Positions 53,701-64,000 of a DNA stretch of 64,000 bases are shown here, piece by piece. Positions within the stretch are counted from its first letter, which is position 1. Every line of letters starts with the position of its first letter. The notes under the pieces are model-generated. The model did no database searches, was not told where the DNA came from, and worked only from the letters and a program-made list of their open reading frames with translations. Position numbers and translations under genes: made by a program. Source of the stretch: Antedon mediterranea (lineage: Eukaryota; Animalia; Echinodermata); contig NC_092671.1 in the NCBI RefSeq assembly GCF_964355755.1, positions 19,282,001-19,346,000 on the forward strand. Direction: 5' to 3'.

Positions 53701-56700
53701 TTACTAGCATGTGCCATAAGAGACGATAAAACTATTAAGGGGATTACAGTAAATAATAGAGAAATTAAAATAACTCAATATGCAGACGACTCCACATGCT
53801 TTTTGAAAGATGAAGTGTCAGCAAAAAATATAATTAACTTAATAGAGAAATTTTCAAAAATATCGGGCTTGAAATTAAATATAAGCAAATCGCAGGCTAT
53901 ATGGCTTGGTTCAAATAGGCGATGTAAAAACAAACCAATACATATGCAATGGCCCAACAACCAGTAAAAGCATTAGGAGTTTACTTTTCTTATCATGAAA
54001 GACAACGGGAAAAATGTAATTTCGAAACGAAAATTAAACAACTAAAAACAATATTAAACATATGGAGAACCAGACAACTAACCTTAGCAGGAAAAATAAT
54101 TTTAATTAAAACATTCGCAATACCCCAATTTATATATCTAGCATCTGTCATACATATACCGCCCCATGTAGTTAAATCAATTGAAACAATGGAACGGTGG
54201 TAAAGGTATGATAAAAAGAACAACATTAATTGGGAATATTGAAGAAGGCGGCTTAAAAATGGTAGATATCAAACGTATGTTTAAGGCATTAAAGATAAAA
54301 TGGATACAACGATATAACATAAATGTCAAAGCAGCATGGAGATCTCTACTACATAGGTTCCTAAATAAGCAAGGAGGCGACACTATTTTTTATTGTAATG
54401 TAAGCGCGGACTGTGTCCATCGTTGGAAAAATATTTCTTTGTTTTATAAGGATATGTTAAACGCTTATTTCGAATTAATACATCCTGATACAGTAAACGA
54501 AGGGTCCCAATATATATGGTTTAATAGGCACATGCATATACATGACAAGCCATTTTATTACAAGAGCCTCAGAGATGTTGGGATATGTTTAGTAAGCAAC
54601 CTTTTTTATGAAAACGGTAATATCATTCCCTTTAATATGTGGATAAAGAGAGGCTTATTGACAAGTAATTTCATGCACTGGAGAATGACGATATCTGCAA
54701 TACCCCCACAGTGGAAAGCAAACATGAAGCTAGGGTTTTTACGAAAAAATTATAAAAAGAGAGGGTTTATAGTGGAAGTGAAGAATGAAGAAAAAGAATT
54801 GGAAAGTATGAGTACAAAAAATATATACAGAGCCTTAATTAAAAAAATCTTTAAAATACCAACATCTCAAAGTAAATTGCAGGATGAATTAGGTGTAGAT
54901 AGCGATAAATGGGAAAATATCTATGTATTACCATTTAAATGTTCTCAGGAGGTAAGAACCAGAATATTTCAGTATAAAATTAATGTGAATTGCTTGTCAA
55001 CTAATAGTAGACTACATAAAATGAATATTGTACCGAGTACAATACAATACAATACAAATCTTTCTTTATTCTGGAATAGCTCTTTCAATACACAAGTACT
55101 GGTCTCCCAAGAGGTCCAGATTTGGAAAAAAATACAAGAAAAATAAAAGTAAAAGCTATATTAAAACTATGTACAATAGAAGTTATACAAGATGTTTAAA
55201 TTCAACTTGACTAAATGTCTCATAATTTTTACGGATATGTACAGGAAGATTATTCCATAAGGTTGATGCTCTATAATTAAACATTCTCTTTCCATAAATA
55301 TTGTTCCATGCTGGAACATTTAGAGTTTTAGTTGATTGACTTCTTGTATTTTTTGTGTGAAAAGTGTCCATAAATTTGAATAGATTTGCTAAATAAGATG
55401 GTGCTAAACCCTGTATGCATTTAAATAACGTAATTAATAAATCATTTTCCCATCTGTCATGGACACTCTTCCATTTTAGTGAGGACATCAATTCTGTTAT
55501 AGGGGTGTACATATCAGCATAAAGAATGATTCTAGCTACTCTATTTTGAAGTACTTGAAGACGATTAACAAGTTCTAAGTTACAATTTGACCAAACATTA
55601 CTACAGTAATCAAAACAGGGTAATACTATTGCATTAGCAAGTAGTCTTAAAGCAAAATTTGGAATATAATATCTTAATCTACGAATAATACCGATACGTT
55701 GTGATACTCTAGAAGCTACTTGTTCAACATGCTGTTTCCATGACATAAATGAATCAAATGTAAGTCCAAGATATTTAAAATTGTCAACTCTTTCGACATC
55801 ATTGCCATTAATAGAAACAGAAATATTATTGAATTTACTAAGTGATATTCTAGTTCCAAATAACATAAATTTTGTTTTCTTTATATTGAGGGTTAGTAAA
55901 TTGTTATCAAACCAGGTAGTGAACTTACTAACATTTTGATTAATCATGTTCTGTAGAAGAACTGGATCAGATGAGGAACATAATATTGTTGTATCATCTG
56001 CATACATGATACATTTATTATTTATCACATCTGGTAAAGAATTAACATAAATTATAAAAAGCAATGGCCCAAGAATTGACCCTTGTGGTATACCAACAGT
56101 AATAGGTTTAGAAAATGACAAAGATGATTTGATATTTACAACTTGTGATCTTCCTGATAAGTATGATATAAACCAATTTAAGGCATTACCATGCACACCG
56201 TATTGTTTTAATTTACTAAAAAGCAGATTATGATTTATGGTGTCAAAAGCCTTTTGCAAATCTAAAAAAATAGCAGCTGTAACATTACCTTCATTTATAT
56301 TTTTTAGAATGTAGTCAGAAAAATCAATGAGTGTTGTATTAGTTGAATGGTTACGTCTAAAACCAGATTGACAAGGGTTTAAAATATTATTTTCCGACAA
56401 GTAGTAATAAAGTTTATTGTGTACTATTCTTTCAATTATCTTTGAAACTATAGGCAATACTGAAATTGGTCTGTAATTTCCAACATCAGATGTATCTCCT
56501 CCTTTGAACACTGGGGTAACTTTAGCAGTTTTCCATTTACAAGGAAATGTTGCTGTAATAAACGACAAGTTTATTATGTAATTAAGTGAGTGACATACAA
56601 TGGGACCAGCTAATTTTAAGAGCTTAACATCAAAACCATCCAAGCCTGAAGCTTTGTTATTTGAAAAGCTATTGATTATATCAAATACACAATCAGGAGT

Positions 56701-59700
56701 TACAATGTGAAAATCAAAATTGTTTAAAATAATGTTAGTAGGGTTAGTGTTAGTATTACAAGGTAGATTATGTTTCTTAGCAAGATTATTACCAATAGAA
56801 GAAAAATAATCATTAAATTTATTAGCTATTTCTTTATCATTATTTGAGAGTCCACTACCAACCCGAACAGAGGAGATAGCTTGTTTTTTATCAGGAATAA
56901 TTTTTTTAATGGTTTCCCACAATTTTTTAGAATTTGTGGTATTTGCTGTTATAGCATCTGTACAAATTTTCTTTTTAAGTGATCTATTTAGTTTATTTGC
57001 TTGAAATATTTGCTTGAGTAATATGTGTTCCTATTGTGAATCAAATATTGAAACTATGACCCATCTTTTGGTTGAATGTAACATTGCAACCAAACTATGG
57101 GATGAATTCACGACTTGGTGGGAAAACATTTCAAAAACAAAGATTAACCTTGATAAAACCTCCATATTATTTGGTTACAATACAGAAAATCCTGATATGC
57201 TATGTATTTTGTTGATAAAGAAAATTATATTTAGTTACAAATTAACTCACAAAAAGCCAGTCTTCCAGGTTTTTTTAATCGGTTAAAATTTAATTATAAC
57301 GTAGAAAAAAACATTTGCTTCTAAAAGAAGTACATTGTATAATTTCAGACAAAAGTGGAGATTAATAGAAGATTATATTTAATAACTTAATGATACTGTT
57401 TCTCGAGGAAATGACTTACTTTTGTGTATTATTATTATTACGCTTGCTCTTTATTATTGTATTAAATTAAAATGTAAACCAGAAATTATTATTTGCACTT
57501 GTTAGATATTTTTAATTATTTATTATAGGCATACTATTAGTTCCTTAGTTACAATACAGATAATTAAATATATATATATATATGTATTATTTTAAAGAAA
57601 CAAAAATGGTTATGTTGTTAAATGTATGTTTCTGATTTTAATTAGCACAATTATATTATAGTTCCTTGGTTATAGTACAGATTAAGATATATTTGTGTGT
57701 ATGGGTGTGTATGTATATGAGTATTATTTATTATTACTATGTAAAGACAAAAAAAATTAATATGTTATTGTTAGTAAATGTATATCTCTGGCTAATTTGA
57801 TTAATACAATTATATTTAGTTAGATTAGTTACATATTTGTGGAAAACACAGCATTTACCAAATTAATTAATTATTTACTTAAAAAAATATGGAATTAATA
57901 ATTTATAGTTTTTAATATTATTTGATCACTGTAAGTTACTTTATTTAAAAGTTCATATCATTTTGATACCTATTACTTTAAATTTAAGTGATGAAAAAAA
58001 AACCAATTTTCTTTCTGAATCCCAAAAAAAAATTGCCCCCAAAAAAAACTCAATTACCAAGCAATAATCACCCCCAACAGTATCCTTATTACATGTCTAT
58101 AAATCTTCCCCAACCCTTAGAATTATAACTATCAGACTAAATTAAAACAATTTGATTTCCAACACCACCCAGATACACCCCTACATCAGAATGAATAAAT
58201 AAAAGAATTAATTAAAGTTCTCGATATAGTGTTTCTTTTTGTCCCCCAACGCTGAATAATTAAGAAAGATAAAAGTTTAACATTTTCTTGACAATGTTCT
58301 GCACTACAAAGAAATTTGTTTTAAAAACAACTTGCGTCTCTGCTCCCGTTCTGCTTTGCTAATAAATATATCTCCATAAACTGCAACTAATTTATTGCAA
58401 CTAATGTTCTGCTTACAACAAGTTATTTCTTTACCACATTAAATGTCATAATTCAATAAATCGAATAGTTATTATTTTTCCTCAAATTGACTGTGTACTC
58501 GACAATGTATGAGTGTTAGATATACATTATAGTAACAACTAGTAATCAAATTCAATAAGATAAACAGTAGGCATAAAATGTTCACCTTTCAGCATACAAT
58601 TACAGTTTTCTCCAATAATCTCAACATACAGTATTATTATAACTTCTCTGTCTGTAGATGGAGTAATGAAGTTTTGTAATAATTTAGTGTTTTTTTCTGC
58701 TCTATAGGGTGCCATTTTATGTTTTCTCCCTGGTTGGCAAGATATTAAAACTGTATATGATCAGCTGACAGACAATCAGGTGAACTTACTTTATATTTCC
58801 TTTTTTTATTCCAATTTTTACGAGATTCTCATCCAGCCCAAGGGTGTCTGGACAGTCGACATACCATATTTTCTTGCTCTGCTCTGAATATATTAATGAT
58901 ACAGAGGGATTCAGGAAAAGATATTCTAATAAAAATTAAAAATATTTGTATTCACTAACTGTGTATTTGGTAATCACAGTAAAGCACATAAAGGTATAAC
59001 ATTATTGATATAAAAATGAAAACTTTTATTTTTATTTTTAACAGAACACACACAATAATCGTAAAGTTCTGCCAGTACATTCTAACTTCTCTATCAACGA
59101 ACAGCAAGAAATTTTTAAAAGGTTAGTAGTATGTTTTAGTAATTTCCAAATATTATTGAAAGTTGTTATAGTAATGGTTTGAAAATTTTTATATTATATG
59201 TGATATTGTCAAATCATGTCCACATAAATTAAGTTGTCTTTGAGACTGAATAATTCTTGTGGAATCTTGAGACTGGTATATCAGAGATGTTTATTTTGAC
59301 AAAAGGATATAGTTAGTTATTACTAGTAACAATTAATTTAAAATAATGTAATTTAAATTATAAATACATAATAATGAATTGTGTGTGGTAGCATTTGTTT
59401 TATTGGCAATTGAAATGAAATGTACACAATAACTTAAAATGAATGTGGCCGGTTGCATGTTTTACAATCCCAGAGTTCAAAGTTTAAATTCTGCCTAAAT
59501 GTTAACATGGCCAACTTAGCAATGTACTAAAAAGACTTCTTCTTTCCTTCTACTTTCAAAATCACACTTTTTTTTCTCGTTTTTTAATAGCCAATTAATT
59601 AATTTTTTTATTTTATTATTTATTATTTATAAAGCGCCTTTACAAAGAAAGATCAAAGTGCTATACAGAGTAATAACACAGAAAAAGACTATACAAAATA

Positions 59701-62700
59701 ATATAATATTGAAACAAATAAATTTTACGGTGTTTCTTAAAAAGACAAGAATTAGGAGGCTGGTGAATTACCAATGAGATATTATTCCAAAGTTTAGTGA
59801 CCACAGGGAAAAAAATGCACTATCACCAAAAACCTTTTAAGTGACAGGAACAGAAAGGCATAGATTGTCCATGGAAGATCTAATGCTAGGCGGACGAGGC
59901 CCATGTAAATTAATATCTTGGATATATTTCCAAGCAATTTCTAAAGTTTTGAGGCTCTAATAACAATTCATTTTTTTCATTCAGCCCACCTGAGGGGATA
60001 CGAAAGATTGTTTTAGCTACAAATATAGCAGAGACGTCTATCACCATCAATGATGTTGTATATGTAATTAACGTAGGAAACCACAAAGAGCAACGCTATA
60101 ACTCAGATGTTGGGGTAAGGTGTTTAATAGAACTTCTTTTGTAAAATATTTGTTATTTAGTATTCATTTATAATAAATGCATTTGTGAGTTTTAAGACAT
60201 GTTTAGAATGAAGCGGGGGTTTGGTCGTTCATCATGACATTTTAAAAGTGTGAATATGCTTTCATCATCATCATCATCAAAACGAACAAATATGTTACCG
60301 CAACTGGTTAGCAGAGGTATGCTGTAAACCATAGAATCAATGTGTGTTTATGTCCCAAACAATCTCTAATGTTAATTAACTGATTCATATCTTTCTCATA
60401 GGTATCTTGTTTAGATCTTCAATGGATTTCACAGGCAAGTGTTATACAGCGTAAAGGACGAGCTGGACGCTGTCAACCTGGTGAATGTTATCATTTGTTC
60501 ACTCAAGAAGACTACAAACAATTAGGTACAGTAATTTAAACCCTGTGTGCGACTTTCTTCCAAAAGCCTGTTTGTTATTCTACCTATTATTTAGTACATC
60601 TTGGCTGTAAGTGGATGCACAACTTGAACTCTTTATTATCACTTGAGTCTGGAAAATTAACTACTTATAATAACAATAGTAATTACAACGATAGTAAAAC
60701 AATAGTAACAAATAAAATAGAATATTTAAAAAAAACTAGCAAGTTTTTTATTCTTATTTTGACCTTAATATTGTTTCCAATATCATTTTCTGACTGCAGA
60801 TGAATACCAAGTTCCAGAGCTTCTACGAGTTCCTTTAGAGCAGGTCATAGTTCATGCTAAAGTTCATAACCCTAATGTGAATGCTGAAGAGTTTTTAGCG
60901 CAGGCTCTTCAAGCTCCTACTTTTGAAGCAGGTATGTAATTGGACTAAAATGAATACAGATGAGTATGGTAACTTATAGTTAATTAGCCTAGAAATTAGA
61001 TATCTAATTAGCTACTCTTAGTATGTATATTTAAACCACATTTGTAGAAATGACCCAAAATAAAATACTTTTCTACGTTGCATCGTATTTACTTTGTACA
61101 AAGCAAAAAAATGTTAGCTGGCTATGTATCCATAGTATACTAAAATGAATATTTACGAGTTTAATTGGGAGAATATGCTGGATAATAAAAATGTGACTCA
61201 CAGCCTTCTGGGCTAAGATGCGCACATGTGTAGCTCTGTCTACACTATCAAACTAGTTTGACAAAAAAAGTTTGATGTTCCCATATGATATGGTTAAATA
61301 TGTAGTGATATGACATAATCATGTCCATTATATCGGCAAATCACACTTTTTTGTCACATAAAGTGTTGACAGTGTTATACAGCTGCCACCAACATTACTC
61401 ATTTTTATGTCCACAAGTATGATCAAATATAAATATGATTTGAACAAAATATAATACAAAGCATTCTTTATTTGTTATAACATCCATGAGTGTACTCTTT
61501 TTGTATTATATTATAATCTGTCTTTTAACAAATTGATAATAGGCAGTGAATGTAATAATTTATTAGGAAATGACACCTTTGCATCGGTGGCACACACAGA
61601 AGTGGTGCATCCAATTTAACATAATACATCAAAACAATACATTATATGACGGATACAGGTTCTTAAACTATTTGCAAAAATATAAAAGAAAAATCATTAT
61701 GAACATGGTAATACAGGTACTGTATTAAATTGTCCTACAGTATCATAGGTTTGAGTTGATAATTTAAAAAGGTATATAAAAATAAACATAAAATATAGTA
61801 AAGAGTTTATTAATATTATTATTGATTGCAAACCATTGTGTTTCAACATCAGGTACTGAAGACCTATAGTTGTTATCACAGGTGTATAATATTTACAAAT
61901 CATATATAAAAGCAACAATACAAAAGAAAAACAATCTATATATTGGGAGATTTAAGTTCTGACCGTTTCTCCCATGCAGCTCTTGTGTATTGTATACAAA
62001 ACAAATCAAAAAAGGTCTCAGATTGTTTACAAATCGCGGTAGAATCTCCACCTAAAATATACTGTAATTTATCATCAGCACTTGCTGTTGTGTAACGATT
62101 CCATGTGTCATAATCATTACAGAGCACAAGGTTATTTTGTAGAATGGATAATTCTTTCATTCTAATATTATCAAATGCTTTACAGTTTAATAAAAAATGT
62201 TTAATGTCTTCAATTTCACAATTCCCACATAAAGTACAATGACCGGACACATCATTGGACCATTTATAAGTTTTACAATCTAAAGGTAGAGTGTTAGATC
62301 TTAATTTAAATTTCAGACTTGTCTCATAAAAATGTGTTTTATCAAGTAAATATTTTTCTAAATTAGGGAAAGGTTTCAATTTTGAGTATAAATTTAATGA
62401 GGTTTTTTGCATTATATTATTTGACCACTCTGATTTATATGATTCTGACACACATTGCTTGACATTGCTGACTGAGAAAGGAACAAGAGTTAAACTATCA
62501 TTATCAAAAACATTGTTGTAAAAGCCTATATCTGTACATTTTTCAAATATGTCAACACAACTGTACTAAGAAATTTATATTTTAAACGATCAAAGTCACA
62601 TTTCAATTGTAGCATAGAATTAAGTACAATATTAGGCCACCTGTGGTCATCCATAGTTATAAAACGATTAAATAATTTAACTCTGGACAGTTTGTGTAAC

Positions 62701-63231
62701 TTGGATAATGGAACCCACCCAAGGAGTTTACCGTGGAGCTTTGAGAAGAAAGCGGGCCATTTGCAATTGCACTTTCTCTAGGTCTTCGTTATCCTTCTTG
62801 GATTTATTATACCAAATGCTACAAGCATAATTTATTGAAGGAATTGCAATGGTTTTCCACAGTATGTTTCCATAGTACACCCGGTTAAAGTCATCAAGGT
62901 TAGCTATGATACCTTTGATATAAGCTATAAGCCGGTTGCCCTTTTGGATAACATGTTCATAATGTGAATGTTCACTCATGTTTGAGGAAATATAGACCCC
63001 TAAATATTTATAACTATTTACTTCTTTTATCAAATGTGTGAACATAAAATAGTACATTCTCATTAACATATGAATATATTTTTATTATTTAGTTGACAAG
63101 GCAATTGAAGTATTGGCAGAGATGAATATTCTAGATCAAAATGAATGTCTAACACCCTTAGGAAATAAAGTGTCCCAGATAAGCACAGATCCTAAGCTTG
63201 CTAAAGCACTTGTTTATGGCTCAATATTCAG
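44735..63231 (+). CDS. DHX30: ATP-dependent DEAH-box RNA helicase DHX30 (3' part beyond window)
   Basis: Exons 44735-44975 (or 44993), 46604-46848, 47347-47514, 47947-48176, 48299-48449, 48906-49089, 51448-51607, 52568-52763, 58708-58779, 59045-59121, 59985-60114, 60402-60525, 60800-60931, 63093-63231, with consistent phases. DHX30-type dsRBD-like segment ([14 protein letters not shown]...LTVHWP...[18 protein letters not shown]), motif [50 protein letters not shown]. Confidence 0.92.
45109..45943. mobile_element. Degenerate TIR element (MULE-like) in DHX30 intron 1 with a 20-bp minisatellite
   Basis: Left ACGCTGTGGCTAAAGATATGGTACC..ATCCTAACTTCCTAAA versus right reverse complement ACGCTATGACTAAAGGTACGATACCGTATCCATACTTCTAAA; T-rich flanks; tandem TAATAAAACTCGTCCTAAA x4-5 at 45640-45740. 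Confidence 0.6.
49205..50620 (-). mobile_element. DIRS-type retrotransposon remnant (RT-RNase H), degenerate
   Basis: Frameshifted pieces: [46 protein letters not shown], RNase [13 protein letters not shown]...[12 protein letters not shown] content is higher than in the flanks. Lies in a DHX30 intron. Confidence 0.85.
50625..51050 (-). mobile_element. Probable Ty3/Gypsy (PNMA-like) gag fragment
   Basis: [27 protein letters not shown]...[18 protein letters not shown] resembles the Gypsy capsid pattern (KF.G...EW....L..HL.G.AK.E); it contains a stop and a frameshift. Confidence 0.55.
51626..51843. mobile_element. Small degenerate MITE with CGTTGAG subrepeats
   Basis: Imperfect inverted ends TTGTCGTATTTGAGTGGGAC and GTTCCCAATCGGATATGACAA; repeated CGTTGAG/CTCAACG. 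Confidence 0.5.
55040..57015 (-). mobile_element. L2/CR1-group (Crack/Daphne-like) LINE, 5'-truncated, nested in the L1/Tx1 element
   Basis: Flanked by GAGTA at 55035-55039 and 57016-57020; 3' tail (ATTGT)n, seen as CAATACAATACAATAC on the plus strand; contains an open RT frame. Confidence 0.9.
55183..56922 (-). CDS. Reverse transcriptase (ORF2 C-terminal part) of the nested LINE
   Basis: 579 aa uninterrupted, with the frame open up to the truncation point near 57015: [70 protein letters not shown]. There is no endonuclease domain, so it is not an autonomous copy. Confidence 0.85.
   Translation of the reverse strand: MWETIKKIIPDKKQAISSVRVGSGLSNNDKEIANKFNDYFSSIGNNLAKKHNLPCNTNTNPTNIILNNFDFHIVTPDCVFDIINSFSNNKASGLDGFDVKLLKLAGPIVCHSLNYIINLSFITATFPCKWKTAKVTPVFKGGDTSDVGNYRPISVLPIVSKIIERIVHNKLYYYLSENNILNPCQSGFRRNHSTNTTLIDFSDYILKNINEGNVTAAIFLDLQKAFDTINHNLLFSKLKQYGVHGNALNWFISYLSGRSQVVNIKSSLSFSKPITVGIPQGSILGPLLFIIYVNSLPDVINNKCIMYADDTTILCSSSDPVLLQNMINQNVSKFTTWFDNNLLTLNIKKTKFMLFGTRISLSKFNNISVSINGNDVERVDNFKYLGLTFDSFMSWKQHVEQVASRVSQRIGIIRRLRYYIPNFALRLLANAIVLPCFDYCSNVWSNCNLELVNRLQVLQNRVARIILYADMYTPITELMSSLKWKSVHDRWENDLLITLFKCIQGLAPSYLANLFKFMDTFHTKNTRSQSTKTLNVPAWNNIYGKRMFNYRASTLWNNLPVHIRKNYETFSQVEFKHLV
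59612..59940 (-). mobile_element. L2-type LINE 3' end remnant
   Basis: Minus strand ends TAGCACTTTGATC...AAAGGCGCTTTATAAATAATAAAT (L2-like 3' stem-loop and tail), preceded by degenerate ORF2 end sequence (FGDSAF...KLWN..FKK..K.YLF). Confidence 0.6.
61232..61384. mobile_element. Second copy of the 154-bp MITE
   Basis: AGCTCTGTCTACACTATCAAACTAGTTTGACAAAAAAAG...TTTTTGTCACATAAAG is colinear with 31223-31376. Confidence 0.75.
61700..63045 (-). mobile_element. Non-LTR retrotransposon 3' fragment
   Basis: ORFs 62728-63069 ([13 protein letters not shown]...[14 protein letters not shown]) and 61936-62451 ([10 protein letters not shown]...[19 protein letters not shown] zinc knuckle). Clade not determined; boundaries approximate. 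Confidence 0.8.
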
Positions 63232-63424
63232 GTCAGTATACCTTCCATTTCTCCTTCTCAGATTCTTGTTATCACCTTCACATACATAACTAGCCTGTCA
63301 ATGGCCTCTTGTCGAGTAATCAACTGATTACACATTATATTTATATAATCTTCCCATAGCACACTGTTAGTGCTAATTAGGTTATATGCATGATATGCAT
63401 ATAACCTCTTGATTCTGTCAAAAT

Positions 63425-64000
63425 CTTTATTTATTTATTTATTTATTTATTCTTTCCTTAGCACTATTTTGTCCGTGCATTATCTTGGCATCAGTTTCAT
63501 CTAGCTAAGTCAAGTTTTTAGAGTATATTCCTTATGGCCAGGAATCGATGTGGTTATATTTTCACGATGCGTAATCAAAAATTACGTGGTCTACGCGCGA
63601 TTTTACGAAATCACGTTTGTAATCATATCTTCACAAGCATGAATCACAATTAAACAAAATTTGGTACTCATAAATTTCAGGTCATATTTCATCATATGGC
63701 AATAAAATTACGTGTCTAGCGCATATAACGCTTGCGTACGCGCGCTTAAAATGTTCAAAATTGTCAAAATTTATTTTCGATGAAATTAGAGTACGTTTCA
63801 GGCAATTTTAAGCGTTTAAAAAATTGCCATGAGTGCACAAATTTTTGCACGCGCACTGCGCGTTAAAAGTTGGTGCGCACTCTTTTTGCCCGATTTCTGT
63901 TTTACAATCTTTCTTTAATAATATCATCATATTTGATTCAGGTTTCAACTCGAAATTGCGTTATACGAGCACGTCAAAAGTGATTGGCTACGCACGTATA
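63425..64000. repeat. (TTTA)n followed by a CpG-rich interspersed repeat, probably a non-autonomous element running off the window
   Basis: Abrupt switch to CGCGC-rich sequence after the microsatellite; no ORF; family not identified. Confidence 0.4.

Larger units (their letters stand above)
52915..57400 (+). mobile_element. L1/Tx1-clade non-LTR retrotransposon, 5'-truncated and frameshifted, split by a nested LINE
   Basis: ORF2 pieces 53078-53293, 53257-53967, 53949-54203, 54181-55039 and 57016-57286: [71 protein letters not shown], and a C-terminal [14 protein letters not shown] zinc knuckle. Outer boundaries approximate. Confidence 0.88.

Noticed and set aside
271-63231. Possible U12-type or non-canonical introns in the four host genes
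   Set aside because: Every inferred intron is GT-AG and none has the RTATCCTT 5' signature.

Overview
AT-rich metazoan genomic DNA with GT-AG spliced genes, probably a marine invertebrate deuterostome (inference). Four host genes can be rebuilt exon by exon with consistent reading-frame phases: KANSL1/NSL1 (minus, 271-16256, about 1147 aa), an FBXL15-like F-box/LRR gene (plus, 26699-29382, 285 aa), ribulose-phosphate 3-epimerase RPE (minus, 31538-42850, 231 aa) and the DEAH helicase DHX30 (plus, from 44735, running off the window end). Introns and intergenic DNA are dense in transposable elements. These include a 2992-bp internally deleted P-element/THAP transposon with 31-bp TIRs and a perfect 8-bp TSD inside an RPE intron, and an L1/Tx1-type LINE split by a younger L2/CR1-group LINE whose RT ORF is uninterrupted. 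There are also DIRS and Gypsy-gag remnants and many MITEs (Harbinger, Kolobok, MULE foldback, Tc1/pogo-like, hAT-like with 5-bp TSDs, Helentron-associated). The most notable points are the P element, the KANSL1-RPE-DHX30 linkage (which matches the vertebrate MAPT/MAP2/MAP4 paralogon), an internal DNA module shared by unrelated transposon families, and an overlapping uORF at the KANSL1 start. No CRISPR array, rRNA or tRNA gene was recognised. All calls come from reading the sequence and recalled family knowledge; no database search was run.
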